Assembly: GCF_964213995.1 (NCBI RefSeq)
Contig: NW_027590151.1
Span: forward strand, 1-64,000
Source of the DNA: Mustelus asterias
Taxonomy: Eukaryota
Direction: 5' to 3'
Length of the DNA: 64,000 nucleotides
Below are positions 37,816-50,643 of the stretch, one piece after another. The notes beneath the pieces were generated by a model, which worked only from the letters and a program-made list of their open reading frames with translations, made no database searches and was not told the DNA's origin. How positions within the stretch are numbered: position 1 is the stretch's first letter; every line of letters begins with the position of its first letter. The position numbers and the translations under genes were made by a program.

Positions 37816-38183
37816 ATATGCACCATATAACAACACCAGACATATCAATGTTGTTACGATCCTCATGGTCACCTTATAATAAACAAATTCCCACAAATCA
37901 CAATAGAATAATCTGAAAGACAATGTTTCATTTTTTTAAAAATGTTACTTTAAAAATTAATCTAAAATTAACATCACTTATTTCATGCATTAAGAAACAG
38001 TATTTGAATAGACAAGATAAATTACACTTTAAAAAGCTCAGACAATAAAAACAGGTTCCACAAAATCACAAACATTTCCCCCTCAGTATATTTGGCTCTA
38101 ATTCCAGTTCCAGAGAATTTCTCTGTCTCTGTATTTCCCAGGGGGAGAAAGAAAGTGTTTTCCTCACAGATGTTGTCCAGAGG

Positions 38184-38559
38184 ATGAAGTTTGAGTCTGT
38201 GGTGAAGTTTGAGTCTGTGTGTGAAGTTTGAGTCTGTGTGTGAAGTTTGAGTCTGTGGTGAAGTTTGAGTCTGTGTGTGAAGTTGGAGTCTGTGGTGAAG
38301 TTTGAGTCTGTGTGTGAAGTTGGAGTCTGTGTGTGAAGTTTGAGTCTGTGTGTGAAGTTTGAGTCTGTGTGTGAAGTTTGAGTCTGTGGTGAAGTTTGAG
38401 TCTGTGGTGAAGTTTGAGTCTGTGTGTGAAGTTTGAGTCTGTGGTGAAGTTGGAGTCTGTGGTGAAGTTGGAGTCTGTGTGTGAAGTTTGAGTCTGTGGT
38501 GAAGTTTGAGTCTGTGTGTGAAGTTTGAGTCTGTGGTGAAGTTTGAGTCTGTGGTGAAG
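38184..38559. repeat. 18/19-bp minisatellite, ~20 copies
   Basis: TGAAGTT(T/G)GAGTCTGTGG and TGAAGTT(T/G)GAGTCTGTGTG units interspersed. Confidence 0.95.
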
Positions 38560-38639
38560 CTACAAACAGAAGCTGTTCTGTTTCAAATGAAACTGCGGGA
38601 CTTGGAAGAAAATGATGGGAAGAGATTTTGCAAAGTCCC

Positions 38640-39060
38640 CTCCCCCACTCCCTCAGCTGGCAGACCAGCGCGCAGGCGCGGAGAGCGCTGCTGAGCCGAG
38701 CTGTCCGGAGCAGGCGCAGTGCGGCTGCCGCCAGCGGCCGCTCTCGATCTCTTTTTGGAGCAGCGGCCGGAGAGAGAGGGGGGAGGGGGAGATCACCGAG
38801 CGGCTTCTCGCTCTGGCCGGAGCCGCCAGCCGGTTGCCGGGAAACCTTGGCTCGAGGAGATGGCAGGGGGCGGGGGAATCAATGAGAGGGGGCGGGGCTC
38901 CCATGTCTGCGCGCCCGGGCCTGCGCACTGGAAATCCAGGACGTCACATCGGTACAGGCTTATTCCTCTTGCCTAATTCAGGCTAGGTTCCATTGTGACG
39001 TCACAACGCGGAAGTTGGCCAACGAGGTTCAGAGTGAAACTCCCGCTTCTGGACAACATC
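38640..39060. promoter_or_regulatory. Bidirectional CpG-island promoter
   Basis: GCGCAGGCGC (NRF1-like), two GGGGCGGGG, CRE palindrome TGTGACGTCACA at ~38994, CGGAAGT (ETS); lies between ZNF 36924(-) and 40311(+). Confidence 0.75.
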
Positions 39061-40419
39061 TGGGAGGAAATCAATGTTTCCCCCTTTCCATTTCTTTTCT
39101 CATTCTGGGAGAAATTGGGGACTTGCAGCAACTGAAAGGAGAGGAAGTGAATCCAGGGAGCTGCAGACTCTGAAAACGTTATAGACGAACATCGGAATTA
39201 GGAGCAGGACTAGGCCCAGGTATCTTTTTCTTTCTCTCTCAAAGACATTGACATCCTTTAGCTCCCTCACTTTGACACGTTTATATATCTGGCTAATAGG
39301 ATGGGCTCTTACCCAATGTTCATAATTCAAGGGGGAGTTTTCTCAGGAGAGGGCTAACATTTTAATGAACAGTAAATTTGTATGGGAGAGAGATATGTTT
39401 AATGTAGTTACATGGTATATACTATGTTATTTACGATTCCCTATTTCTTGTCTTAAAATATATAGCAGTATATCAACATTATCTATTTTCAGTGATGGAA
39501 ACATTACAACATAGAATAGGCAACTCAGATCCATGCCAACTCTCTGTGCAGCAATTCAGTCAGTCCCATTCCCCCTCTGTATCCCCATTCCCCTGTGTTT
39601 CACATCACAATGAAATGGATGAGAGTTCCAAAGGAGCTGAGACTGGAGTGGAGTTCATCAATGGCACTGAGGTGGAAATAGGCGGTCTTGATGTGGCTGG
39701 AAGCTCAACTTGGGGTGAAATATTTTACCATGGTTGTAAACAGTTTGCTTCAGCCTCAGACAGTTGCCAGGAAGAGGGAGAGAGTTGCTGGCGAGGGAGT
39801 GGAGTTTGTAGTGGGGACTGAAGACAATGGGTTCAGTCTTCCCAGTGTTTATATGAAAGAAATTTCTGTTCTTTTAGTACTGGATGTCAGATAAGTCAGG
39901 ATGGTGTGTGAGTTGGAGAGGAACTTGAATGTGATGGTGTTCCCATCTATTTGCTACCCTGGTCCTTCTAGGTGGGTGGAGGTTGAGGGTTTGGGAAACT
40001 TTCTGTCAAAGTTCCAATTGAGTTGTCAATGTACAAAATCCCTCTCCTTCACCCTGACCTCTCCTACTTCTCTCTGTCTTCTCTCTGTGTCCAGAGTCTT
40101 GTGTCCAGACCGTGTGGCAGATTTCCTGCCCTGAAGGATATCAGTGAACCCGCTGGGTTTTTATGACAATCCAGCAGTTTTCATGATTACTTTTTCCGAG
40201 TGCCAGCCCCACAAATGACCAGATTCATTCAGCTCAATTTCACAACCTGACTTTGTGTTTTTGTGGGTTCTCTCTCACTTCCTTTTTTCTGTTTTAAATC
40301 AATTTCACAGGGCTTTAGAAGAGGAGGATTTGCAGTTGGGAAACTGAAACCAAATATTATATCAAAACCTGATGGAGTTAGCCAATTTGTTGTAACCTGA
40401 ATATCATTGTGTTTTGAAC

Positions 40420-41289
40420 ATGGAAGGAAATAGCACCATTCACAGTGAAGAGAAACTGTACACGTGTTCTGTGTGTGGACAAGACTTCAACCAATCATCC
40501 AGCCTTTCGGAACATAATTGCAGTCACAACAGTGAGAAGCTGTGGAAATGTGGGGACTGTGGGAAGGGATTCGATTACCCTTCCCAGCTGGAGATTCATC
40601 GGCGCAGTCACAGTGGGGAGAGACCATTCACCTGCTCCCAGTGTGGGAGGGGATTCACTCAGTCAAACAGCTTACATATACACCAGAGAACTCACACTGA
40701 CGAGAGACCATTCAACTGCTCCCAGTGTGGGAAAGGATTCACTGCCTCATCCCATCTGCTGAAACATCGGCAAATCCACACTGGGGAAAGGCCGTTCACC
40801 TGCTCTGTGTGTGGGAAGGGATTCACTCAGTCTTCCAACCTCGCATTACACCAGAGAATTCACACTGGGGAGAGGCCATTCACTTGCTCCCAGTGTGGGA
40901 AGAGATTTGCTCAGTCAGCCACCCTCTTCACACACCAGCGGATTCACACTGATGAGAGACCTTTTAAATGTCCAGACTGTGGGAAATGCTTTAAAAATTC
41001 TGTAAATCTGCACTACCATCAACGTGTTCACACTGATGAGAAACCATTCAGGTGCTCTCACTGTGGGACTGGGTTCAAGCAATCATCTCAACTCACTGTA
41101 CACCAGCGCACTCACACTGGGGAGAGACCATTCACCTGCTCCCAGTGTGGGAATGGATTTGCTCACTCATCCACTCTGCTGACACACCAGCGAATTCACA
41201 CTGGGGAGAAGCCGTTCACTTGTTCCAAGTGTGGAAAGGGATTCAGTCAATCCTCCAATCTGCTGAGACACCAGCGAGTTCACAAGTAA
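40420..41289 (+). CDS. Tandem C2H2 zinc-finger protein, 10 fingers
   Basis: aacATGg start; intact array; acceptor tttcacag|g at 40311. Confidence 0.9.
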   Translation: MEGNSTIHSEEKLYTCSVCGQDFNQSSSLSEHNCSHNSEKLWKCGDCGKGFDYPSQLEIHRRSHSGERPFTCSQCGRGFTQSNSLHIHQRTHTDERPFNCSQCGKGFTASSHLLKHRQIHTGERPFTCSVCGKGFTQSSNLALHQRIHTGERPFTCSQCGKRFAQSATLFTHQRIHTDERPFKCPDCGKCFKNSVNLHYHQRVHTDEKPFRCSHCGTGFKQSSQLTVHQRTHTGERPFTCSQCGNGFAHSSTLLTHQRIHTGEKPFTCSKCGKGFSQSSNLLRHQRVHK

Positions 41290-41534
41290 CTGCTGTGATT
41301 GGATTTTGCTGTTTTCGTGTTCAGACTGAATCATGTACCTTTGGGTCTGTTTCTGCTGAATTGAAAAGTGACTCCAGCTCTGTTATAGGTGTTGATATAA
41401 TTGGTCTTAGAAGGGGAGGATTTGGGGTCAGGAAACTTGCACAAAACATCAGATCAGGATTGGATGGAATTGCACAATGTATCGTAACCTGAACAGCAGA
41501 GAATTTTGAACATGGAAGGAAATAGCACCATTTT

Positions 41535-43580
41535 AATGATCTAAAAGTCATGAGATTTGAGGAAGATTCCAGTCGATTGCAAAATAGCAAATGTAACTCC
41601 TTTATTCAAAAAAAGGAGGGAGGCAAAAAGGAAACTAAAGGCCAATTAATCTAAAACCTGATGTCGGGAAAATATTAAAGCTTTATTAAAGATATCATGA
41701 GAATGAGAAAAATTCAGACAACCAGAGAGAGTCAGCACGGTTTGAGAAAGGGAAATCATATTCAACCTATTTATTGGAGTTCTTTGAAGGAGTCACATAT
41801 ACTTTGGATAAAGGGGGTCGGTTCGCTCAGTTGGCCGGGTGGCTGGTTTGTGATGCACAGCGACACCAACAGCACAGTTTCAATTCTCGTGCCAACCAAG
41901 GTTATTCATGAAGGTGCCGTCTCCTCAATCTTGCCACTCACCTGAGGTGTGGTGATCCAAGATGATGAAAGGTGTGGATAAAGCAGACGTGGAACGGATG
42001 CTTCCTTTTCTGGGGCATTCTAAGACGAGAGGTCATAGCCTTAGGATAAGGGGCAGCAAAGTTAAAACAGAGTTGAGGAGAAACTGCTTCTCCCAAAGGG
42101 TTGTGAATCTGTGGAATTCGCTGTCCCAAAGGGTGGTGGATGCTGGGACAGTGAGTAAATTTGAGGAGGAGTTGGACAGATTTTTAATTGGTAATGGGTT
42201 GAAGGGTTATGGGGAGAAGGCAGGAAAATGGGGATGAGGAGGTTATCAGCCATGATCGAATGGCGGAACAGACTCAAATGGTCTAATTCTGCTCCTATAT
42301 CTTATGAATTTATGATCCTCAGGTTAAGTGACCACCAGTCAGCTCTCCCTCTCAAGGGGACATCTGGGAGATGGTGACTTTATATATTGGATAATAGGGC
42401 AGCAAAGGTGAATGTACTGTACTTAGATTTCCAAAATGCATTTGATAAGCTGCCACATCAAAGCTTAATGTGAAAAATAGAATCTCTCAGTGTGGGGGTA
42501 ATATGGCATGGAAAGAAGATTAGCGAGCTAACGGGAAACAGTTGGCACACATGGATCTTTATCTGGTTGACAGGATGTGACGAGTGATGTGCCAAAGCGA
42601 TCAGAACTGGGACCTCTACTTTTAACAATTTATATAAATGACTTGGATGCAAGCATGGTCGCTAAATTTGCTGAGGACACAAAGGTAGAAAAGTAAGTGT
42701 GAAGAGGATGTAAGGAGGCCACAAAGGGATGTAGATAAGTTCAGCTAGTGGGCAAAGATTTGGCAAATGGAGTATAACGTGGGCAAATGTGGAATTATCA
42801 ATTTTGGCAGAAATTCCTGCCAAATTTAAAAAACACATTAAATATTGAGAGATTGCAGAGCTCTGAGATTCAGAGGTGTCCTAATACATGAATCACAAAA
42901 GGCTGGAATGCAGTTACAGCAAGTAATGAGGAAAGTTAATAGAATGTCATTGTTTATTGTGAGGAAATTGGTTACAAAAGGAGTGAGTTTATGTTTCAGT
43001 CATACAGGACACTGGTGAGACCACATCTGGAGTGTTGTTAAAGTATGGAACTCCTTATTTAAGGAAAATGTAAATGCATTGGAAGCAGTTCAGAGAATGT
43101 CTACCAGACTAATACCAGAAATTGGCAGGTTGTCTTATGAGGAAAGATTGGAGAATCTGGGCTTGTTCACTGGAGTTTAGAAGAGTAAGAGGGGCCTTGA
43201 TTGAAGCCTTTTAAGTTTCTGAGGGTTATTGACTGGGTTGATGTGGAAAGGATGTTTTTTTTCTTGCAGGAGAATTTTGAACAAGGAGACACTGTTTAAA
43301 AATGTGTTTAAGACAGAGGTGGGGAGAAGTGTTTTCTTTCAGAGGATCATGGATCTTTGGAACTCTCTTTCTCAAAAGGCAGAGGAAGCAGAATCTTGGA
43401 ATATTTTGAAGAAGAGCAAGATGGTCTCCTGATTAACAAGGAGATGGAAGATTATTGGTGAGAGTAGTGGGCAGGAGTGTGGGGTTGAGTTCACAATCAG
43501 ATCAGCCATGATCTTATTGAATGGTGGAACAGCTCGAGGGGCCGAGTGGCCTCCTTCTGTTCCTAATTATTATGTTCGAA
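41535..43580 (+). mobile_element. Old CR1 LINE containing a tRNA-derived SINE (~41783..42385), which itself contains a CR1 3' end (41959..42312)
   Basis: Degenerate RT motifs; inner CR1 flanked by tgatcc duplication; KTRGHSLRIRG..FSQRVVNLWNSL. Confidence 0.75.
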
Positions 43581-44805
43581 TGGGTCTGTTTCCATTGCTG
43601 TTAATAAACAACAGTCCACTTATAGATGTTAATATTGTGGATAATAGTCAAATAAATTGACTTAGTGTTAAACACACGGCCTTTTTAATATCTTCAACAC
43701 AGGTTCGTCCAATGATGTGCGGGTTAGGTTGATTGGCCGTGGTAAAATTGACCTTAGTGTCAGTGGTAATAGCAGGGTCATTAAATGGGGTTACGGGAAT
43801 AGGGCCTGGGTGGGATTGTGCTTGGTGCAGACTGGATGGGCTGAATGGCCTCCTTCTGCACTGTAGGGATTCTATGATTCTAGTCTTGTAATAGAACATT
43901 GTAACTATGTTAATATATTTCCAGGCATCGTTATTCCAATAGAGAAGGAGTCCATGTCAACTCCTTATAGAGCAATCCAGTCAGACCCATTGCCCCTCCA
44001 TCTACCCATTCTCCTGCAAGATTATTTCCTTCAAGTGCGCATCCAGTTTCATTTTGAAATCTTTAATTGCTTTCACTGCCACCAGATCCATGGGCACCCA
44101 GTTCCAGATCATGATCACTTGCTGCACCCACCACATCTCCAACCAAGTAATGAGTGCTGCATATTACACACATTTGAACAGGAAGTGATGAGCATGGATT
44201 GGTTAACCAACATGAATTGGCACCTTTAGGAGAATTGGGAGGGTGTATAGTGGGATATAGCAGGGTAAGAATAGTGGGAAAAAGTAAAGAATTTTCTCTA
44301 AAAACTGGAATTGTCTTTTCTGAATTTCTAAGTTGCACTGACAGTGATGAATTTTGGAAATTCGTTTTACAGGATATCAGAAGAGGATTTCCAGACAGAA
44401 CATAGAACATAGAACAGTACAGCACAGAACAGGCCCTTTGGCCCACGATGTTGTGCCGAGCTTTATCTGAAGAATCTCAGAAATCTCAAAACAAACACTC
44501 ATGGTGATCTGACAGATTAACTCCATTCATCGGGACCTGGACAACATCAGCCTTTGGAATCTACAAAGAGAAATATTTGTCTGTTCTTCTGCTTCAAGAG
44601 ATTTCAACCATAAATGTGATTGGAAAAGCATGGACGCACATAGATCGGAGTGAGAGCGTTCCAGTGAACTGACTGTGGAAAAAAACTCCAACACAGCTTG
44701 AAAAGACAGCACCAGTCACATTGGGGTGAGACCGTTCGGGTGTTTTGTTGTGGATGAGGCTTCAGCTGACTGTCAAACTGGGAGAGACACATGGACACCA
44801 GCACC

Positions 44806-45900
44806 ATGGAGAAGCCGTGGAAATGTGGAGACTGTGGTAAAGGATTCAATTTCTCACACCAACTGGAAACTCATCGATGTAATCACACTGGGGAGAGGCC
44901 ATTCACTTGTTTGGAGTGTGGGAAGGGATTTGCTCATTCATCCTCCCTGCAGACACACAAATGAGTTCACACAGGGGAGTGGCCATTCACCTGCCCCGAG
45001 TGCGGGAAAGGATTCACAAGTTCATCCCACCTGCAGACACACAAGCGAGTTCACAGCGGGGAGAAGCCATTCACCTGCTCCGATTGTGGGAAGGGATTCA
45101 GTGAATCATCCAACTTGCTGATGCACCAGCGAGGTCACACCGGGGAGAAATGGTTCACGTGTTCAGAGTGTGGGAAGGGATTCACTCAGTTATCCCACCT
45201 GCAGACACACGAGCGAGTTCACACCGGGGAGAGGCCATTCATCTGCCCTGAGTGTGGGAAAGGATTCAGTAATTCATCCAACCTGCAGAGGCACCAGCGA
45301 ATTCACACCAGGGAGAGACCGTTCAGCTGCTCCGAGTGTGGGAAGGGATTCACTGATTCATCCTATCTGCTGATACATCAGCGAGTTCACACTGGGGAGA
45401 GGCCGTTCATCTGCCCTGAGTGTGGGAAAGGATTCAGTAATTCATCCAACCTGCAGAGGCACCAGCGAATTCACACCAGGGAGAGACCGTTCAGCTGCTC
45501 CGAGTGTGGGAAGGGATTCACTGATTCATCCTATCTGCTGATACATCAGCGAGTTCACACTGGGGAGAGGCCGTTCACCTGCTCCGAGTGTGGGAAGCGT
45601 TTCCCTTATGCATCAAATCTGCAGAAACATCGACGATTGCACACTGGGGAGAGACCATTCACCTGCCCAAATTGTGGGAAAACATTCACTCAGTCATCCC
45701 ACCTGCAGACACACCAGCGAGTTCACACCGGAGAGAGACCATTCACCTGCTCTCAGTGTGAGAAAGAATTCAGTAATTCATCCAACCTGCGGGCACACCA
45801 GCGAGTTCACACTGGGGAGAGACTGTTTACCTGCTCTGACTGTGGGAAAGGACTCACTCAGTCATCAAAGCTGCTGAGACACCGGCGAGTTCACAAGTGA
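44806..45900 (+). pseudogene. C2H2 ZNF, 13 fingers, with a single in-frame TGA at 44962
   Basis: [10 protein letters not shown] at 44806 is in frame with ORF 45115..45900; HK*VH in finger 2; acceptor at 44373. Confidence 0.85.
45238..45573 (+). repeat. Perfect 168-bp tandem duplication (two fingers)
   Basis: 45238..45405 appears identical to 45406..45573. Confidence 0.9.
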
Positions 45901-47809
45901 TGACAGGGGTTGGATTCTGCTGTTCTTGCTGCTGTTAATCACACCCAGGACTGAACCATGTTCATTCTGACAGTTGGTGAAGTGGGAGGGTCGGAGGGTT
46001 TCTTTCTGCTGGACTGGACAGTCTCACAACTTTACCTCCAGTGGGCTGATGCTCTTTGAGCGAGGGCACATTTCCACTGAAATGATCCACAAAAGCTGAT
46101 GAAGGACATTTATTTTATCCTGGATAGTAAATAGTGTTTTTCCTCCCACTACAGGTAGATCTAAAATAAATACATTTGTCTCTGTTCCAGTGAGTCTACA
46201 GCACAGGGCCAGGCCAGTCGGCTCAATTGGTCTGTGTCAGTATTTATGCTCCACATGAGCCTCCACCCACCCCCCTCCATCTCCCCCCATCAGCATATCC
46301 TTCTATTCCTCTCTCCCTCATGTATGTATCCAGCTTCCCCTTCAATGTATCCATGCTGTTCACCTCAACCACTCGCTGTGGTGGTGAGTTCCACATTCTC
46401 ACCACTCGCTGGGTAAAGAGGTTTCTCACTGAAATCACCATTGGATTATTGAACCCCTTCATAATCTTAAAGATTTCCATCAGGTCACCCTTCAGTCTTC
46501 TCTTTTCTAGAGAAAAGCCGCCCATCATTCAAAATGTGTCAAATTTAGACTCAACCTTTAACAATGATTTTGATGCAGGGACTGAGTGTAATATATACAA
46601 TATTGTGGAGAACAAGAAAAAATTGCATTTCTATAGCACCTCTCACAACCACCGGGTGTCAGATGAACATGTGAATCAGGAGCCTGTTCTGCCATTCAAC
46701 ATAATCATGGCTGATCTAATTGAAACCTCAACTCCACATTCCCACCTCCCCCTGATAACCTTTCACCACCTTGTTTATCTGGAATCTATCGAACTCTGCC
46801 TTTGTCCTGAAGCCTTATACAGTGAATGAAGTTCTGTGAATTGTAGTGACTGTGCTAATGGAGGAAACTGCAGGCCTGGGTAATCAAATTTAGTTTTAAA
46901 ATTCAATCATTTTCATACCATGTTCATTGCTATAAGTAACAAGGTCAAGGAAACCATTTTAAACTCAAAACATGTGGCTTCTAACAGTCTGTTCACCTTC
47001 TGTCAGTTGTCTTTATTCGCTACAAATTGATTTTATATTAAAACCCAGTCATGAAACAGATTCAGTAATGAACCTTGATTAAGATATCGTTCGTGACTCA
47101 GTGTAATAGACAATTACATCATAAAGGCTAGATCTTTATTTTAAAATATTAACACTGAATCACCTGAAATGTTTCCAGAAACCGCAGAGCCGGCAGAAAT
47201 TGTTTAAAGGAAGAAATTATTCTCTAATTTTGATAAGCTACAGGATATCATATTCTTCCAAAGTCCAGCTGAAGAATAAGGTTCAGTCTGGTCAGGATTA
47301 GTAAGGAAGAAAGCTGTTGTCTTTCTACAAACTGTCTTTTTGAACTAGTCTATCTTGTAGTAGCCAAGTATATTAATTAAAGATTACTGTATTAATTAGC
47401 TAGCGGTCAGCAATAGATGATTGGAGAAGTCGTGAGATTTAATTGAGTTACAATTAATAAATCAATCAAGAATCAGTCACTGTTTTTAAATTTATCTATT
47501 AGTGTCACATGTCGGCTTATCGTAAAAGCTGAGTTTTATTTGCTGTAAAAATTATAATCTGAATTGCTGTGTATGTAAAGAATGTGCAATGATGATAAAT
47601 GTACTTTCAAGAGAGACCTTCAAGCTCTGATTCGTCTCAAAATTTCAAATTGTCTGAACAGCTGATTGTGTAGAATCAGATAAAGGGTTAGTATGAAACT
47701 GTGCAATTGTATTCCTGTCTAAGATAATGAGAGAAGGTGGTGTCAGTAATTGGGGATCCGGTTAAATTAATCTGGTAACCAAATTGACCAAGTGTCATGT
47801 CACAATCAG

Positions 47810-47992
47810 CCCAACTCTGATGTCAGGTAATGGTCACTTTGGGGATAAAAGGGGCAGATGGGGTACTTGGGTTGGCATCTCATCCTAAAGGCAGCAGCTC
47901 TAATAATGCAGCACTCCCTCAGTGCTGGCATTTTGAATGTTGGGCTCAGGTCAATGGACTGGGATTGGAAAGAACAATCTTCAGATTCAGAA
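47810..47992 (-). mobile_element. Deu-domain SINE relic (SacSINE1/AmnSINE-like)
   Basis: gcagcactccctcagtgctg motif recalled from Deu-SINEs. Confidence 0.5.
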
Positions 47993-47994
47993 TG

Positions 47995-48405
47995 AAGATT
48001 TGATTTATTATCGTCACATGTATTAACATACAGTGAAAAGTATTGTTTCTTGCACGCTATACAAAGCATACCGTTTATAGAGAAGGAAACGAGAGAGTGC
48101 AGAATGTAGTGTTACAGTCATAGCTAGGATGTGGAGAAAGATTAACTTAATGCAGGGTAAGTCCATTCAAAAGTCTGATGGCAGCAGGGAAGAAGCTGTT
48201 CTTGAGTCAGTTGGTATGTGTCCTCAGACTTTTGTATCTTTTTCCCAACAGAAGAAGGTGGAAGAGCAAATGTCCAGGTTGTGTGGGGTCCTTAATTATG
48301 CTGGTTGCTTTTCCAAGGCAGCGGGAAGTGTAGACAGAGTCAATGGATGGGAGGCTGGATTGTGTGATGGACTGGGCTTTGTTCATGACCCTTGGTAGTT
48401 TCTTG
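47995..48405 (-). mobile_element. Rex1/Babar 3' end
   Basis: SIDSVYTSRCLGKATSIIKDPTQPGHLLFHLL; same tail as the other copies. Confidence 0.8.
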
Positions 48406-49662
48406 TGGAAGAGTGTGATCCACTGTGCCGTGGCTGATACAATAGACAATACAAAGTTAGAAAGGGAAAGGTATTCTTCACCTCCAGTGCTTCAATGTAA
48501 AAATAACAACCTCATACAAAAACAGGTATTGAATGCACAAATGTTGAAGAGTTTGTTGAAAGCTACAAGTTTCAGGTTCCCACTTGAGCCTGGGGCACCT
48601 TTCTGTCTCTATTGCTTGTGTCAATGCCAGCCAGGCAACGGAGCTAAGAGCTGAATTTAGCTGAGAATAATGGGGCTTGTGCCCCAGTTGGGAAACTGCC
48701 CTGGGCGTCGCACTAATAGAGAGACAGGAAGGTGCTGGAGGACTGACTGGGAAATGGGCCTCCAGCCAATCGGGGCAGGAGACGGGGCGATTGGGGCAGA
48801 TGGTGACGGAACCCCTGGGGTTCAGTCCATGTGCCCAAAGTGTGGAGTCACAGTAACAGGTGCAGAGGAGCTGGAGAGAAACCATTTGGGCCCAGAGCAT
48901 TGTGAACATCCTTTTAATCTATAGAATTGGGATTCGGGGTGTCCATTAACCCTTTATTCTCTTTTCCTAAACTCTGAAATGATTCCCAGTGATAACCCTT
49001 ATTGGTGACAGTGGTTAGATTTTATTCAGTATCAATAAGAGCTGACACAGTCTGATGTCTGAGCAGTCGTATCAAAGTGCAGCAGCATTACTATTACACT
49101 CTGGGTAGAAGCAGCATCTCCATGTAAATACTCCCTGGTTGCCTCCCACAGTGCAAAGATGTACAGGTTAGGCAGATTGACCAATGCTAAATTGCCCCGT
49201 AAATGTCCCAGGATGTTATGGTTAGGGGGATTAGTGGGGTAAATGCGTGGGGTTATGGGGCTAGGGCGGGGAGGGGTGTGTCTGGGGAAGATGCTCTGAC
49301 AGAGAGTCGGTGCAGACTCGATGGGCCAAATGGCCTCCTTTTGCATAGTAGGGATTCTATGATTACCATAATTACCACAATCAGTTCCAGACAGGAAACT
49401 TAAACCTGCTGTTTCACTCTCAGTCAGGAACAGATCCCAGTTTTACACCAATCTCTGATTTGACAGTATGTTTCCAGCATTCAGTGTTGTTCTTACTGAC
49501 TCTAAACACAGTTGTAAAGGAGCCTCTGTTCCGTGCCGAGGAGCTCTGAACCATGGAAGAGAACAGCTGGGACACATTTCTTACACACCTCAGGTTTAAC
49601 CCACACATTTAGTCCTCAATGTGATCAACAGCAGCAATAACAGAGAACTCCAACCTCTGCAC

Positions 49663-50643
49663 TCACTTGTGAATTTGCTGGTGTGTCAGCAGGTTAGAAG
49701 ATTGAGTGAATCCCTTCCCACACATGGAGCAGGTGAATGGTCTCTCCACAGTGTGAGTGCGCTGGTGTTTCAATAGATGAGATGAACAAGTAAATCTTTT
49801 CTCACACTCGGAGCAGGTGAATGGCCTCTCTCCGCTGTGAACTCGCCGGTGTGTCAGCAGTGCGGCTGATCGAGTGAATCCTTTCTCACACTCGGAGCAG
49901 GTGAACAGCCTCTCTCCAGTGTGAGTGCGTCGATGTCTCAGCAGATTATCACTGTTTTTAAAGCTCTCCTCACAGTCAGGACATTTAAAAGCTCTTGCAT
50001 CAGAGTGAGTGCGCTGGTGTCTCAACAGGTTGGATGAATTAATGAACCCCTTCCCACCCATGGAGCAGGTGAACGGCCTCTCCCCAGTGTGAGTGCGCTG
50101 GTGTACAGTGAAGTCAGATGATTTCCTGAACCCAGTCCCGCAGTGAGAGCACCTGAATGGCCTCTGGTCAGTGTGAACACGTTGATGGGACATCAGGTCC
50201 CCAGAACTTTTATAGCCCTTCCCGCAGTCTGGGCATTTAAAAGGTAAGAAGTTTAACAACACCAGGTTAAAGTCCAACAGGTTTATTTGGTAGCAAAAGC
50301 CACACAAGCTTTCGAGGCTCTGAGCCCCTTCTTCAGGGCTCAGAGCCTCGAAAGCTTGTGTGGCTTTTGCTACCAAATAAACCTGTTGGACTTTAACCTG
50401 GTGTTGTTAAACTTCTTACTGTGTTTACCCCAGTCCAACGCCGGCATCTCCACATCATTTAAAAGGTCTCAGGTCAGTGTGAACTCGCTGGTGTTGCAGC
50501 AGGTTGGATGACTCTCTGAATCCCTTGCCACACATGGAGCAGGTGAATGGCCTCTCCCCAGTGTGAGTGCGCTGATGGATTTCCAGCTGGGACAGCCATT
50601 TGAATCCCTTCCCACAATCCTCACATTTCCACGGTTTCTCCAT
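49663..50643 (-). pseudogene. C2H2 ZNF (~9 fingers) disrupted by a Penelope-like insertion
   Basis: ORFs 50455..50724 and 49663..50376 are in the same frame, split at RPFK|CPDC; acceptor at ~50970. Confidence 0.88.
50246..50455. mobile_element. Penelope-like perfect fold-back insertion
   Basis: 84-bp perfect arms 50244..50327 / 50336..50419 with an 8-nt loop; 12-bp TSD catttaaaaggt at 50234..50245 and 50456..50467. Confidence 0.9.

Noticed and set aside
38184-38559. CRISPR-like array
   Set aside because: Units are directly tandem with no unique spacers; eukaryotic context and no cas genes
50246-50376. Novel N-terminal domain [12 protein letters not shown].. on ZNF ORF 49663..50376
   Set aside because: It is the translated Penelope fold-back with a TTG start; the same peptide appears on the opposite strand
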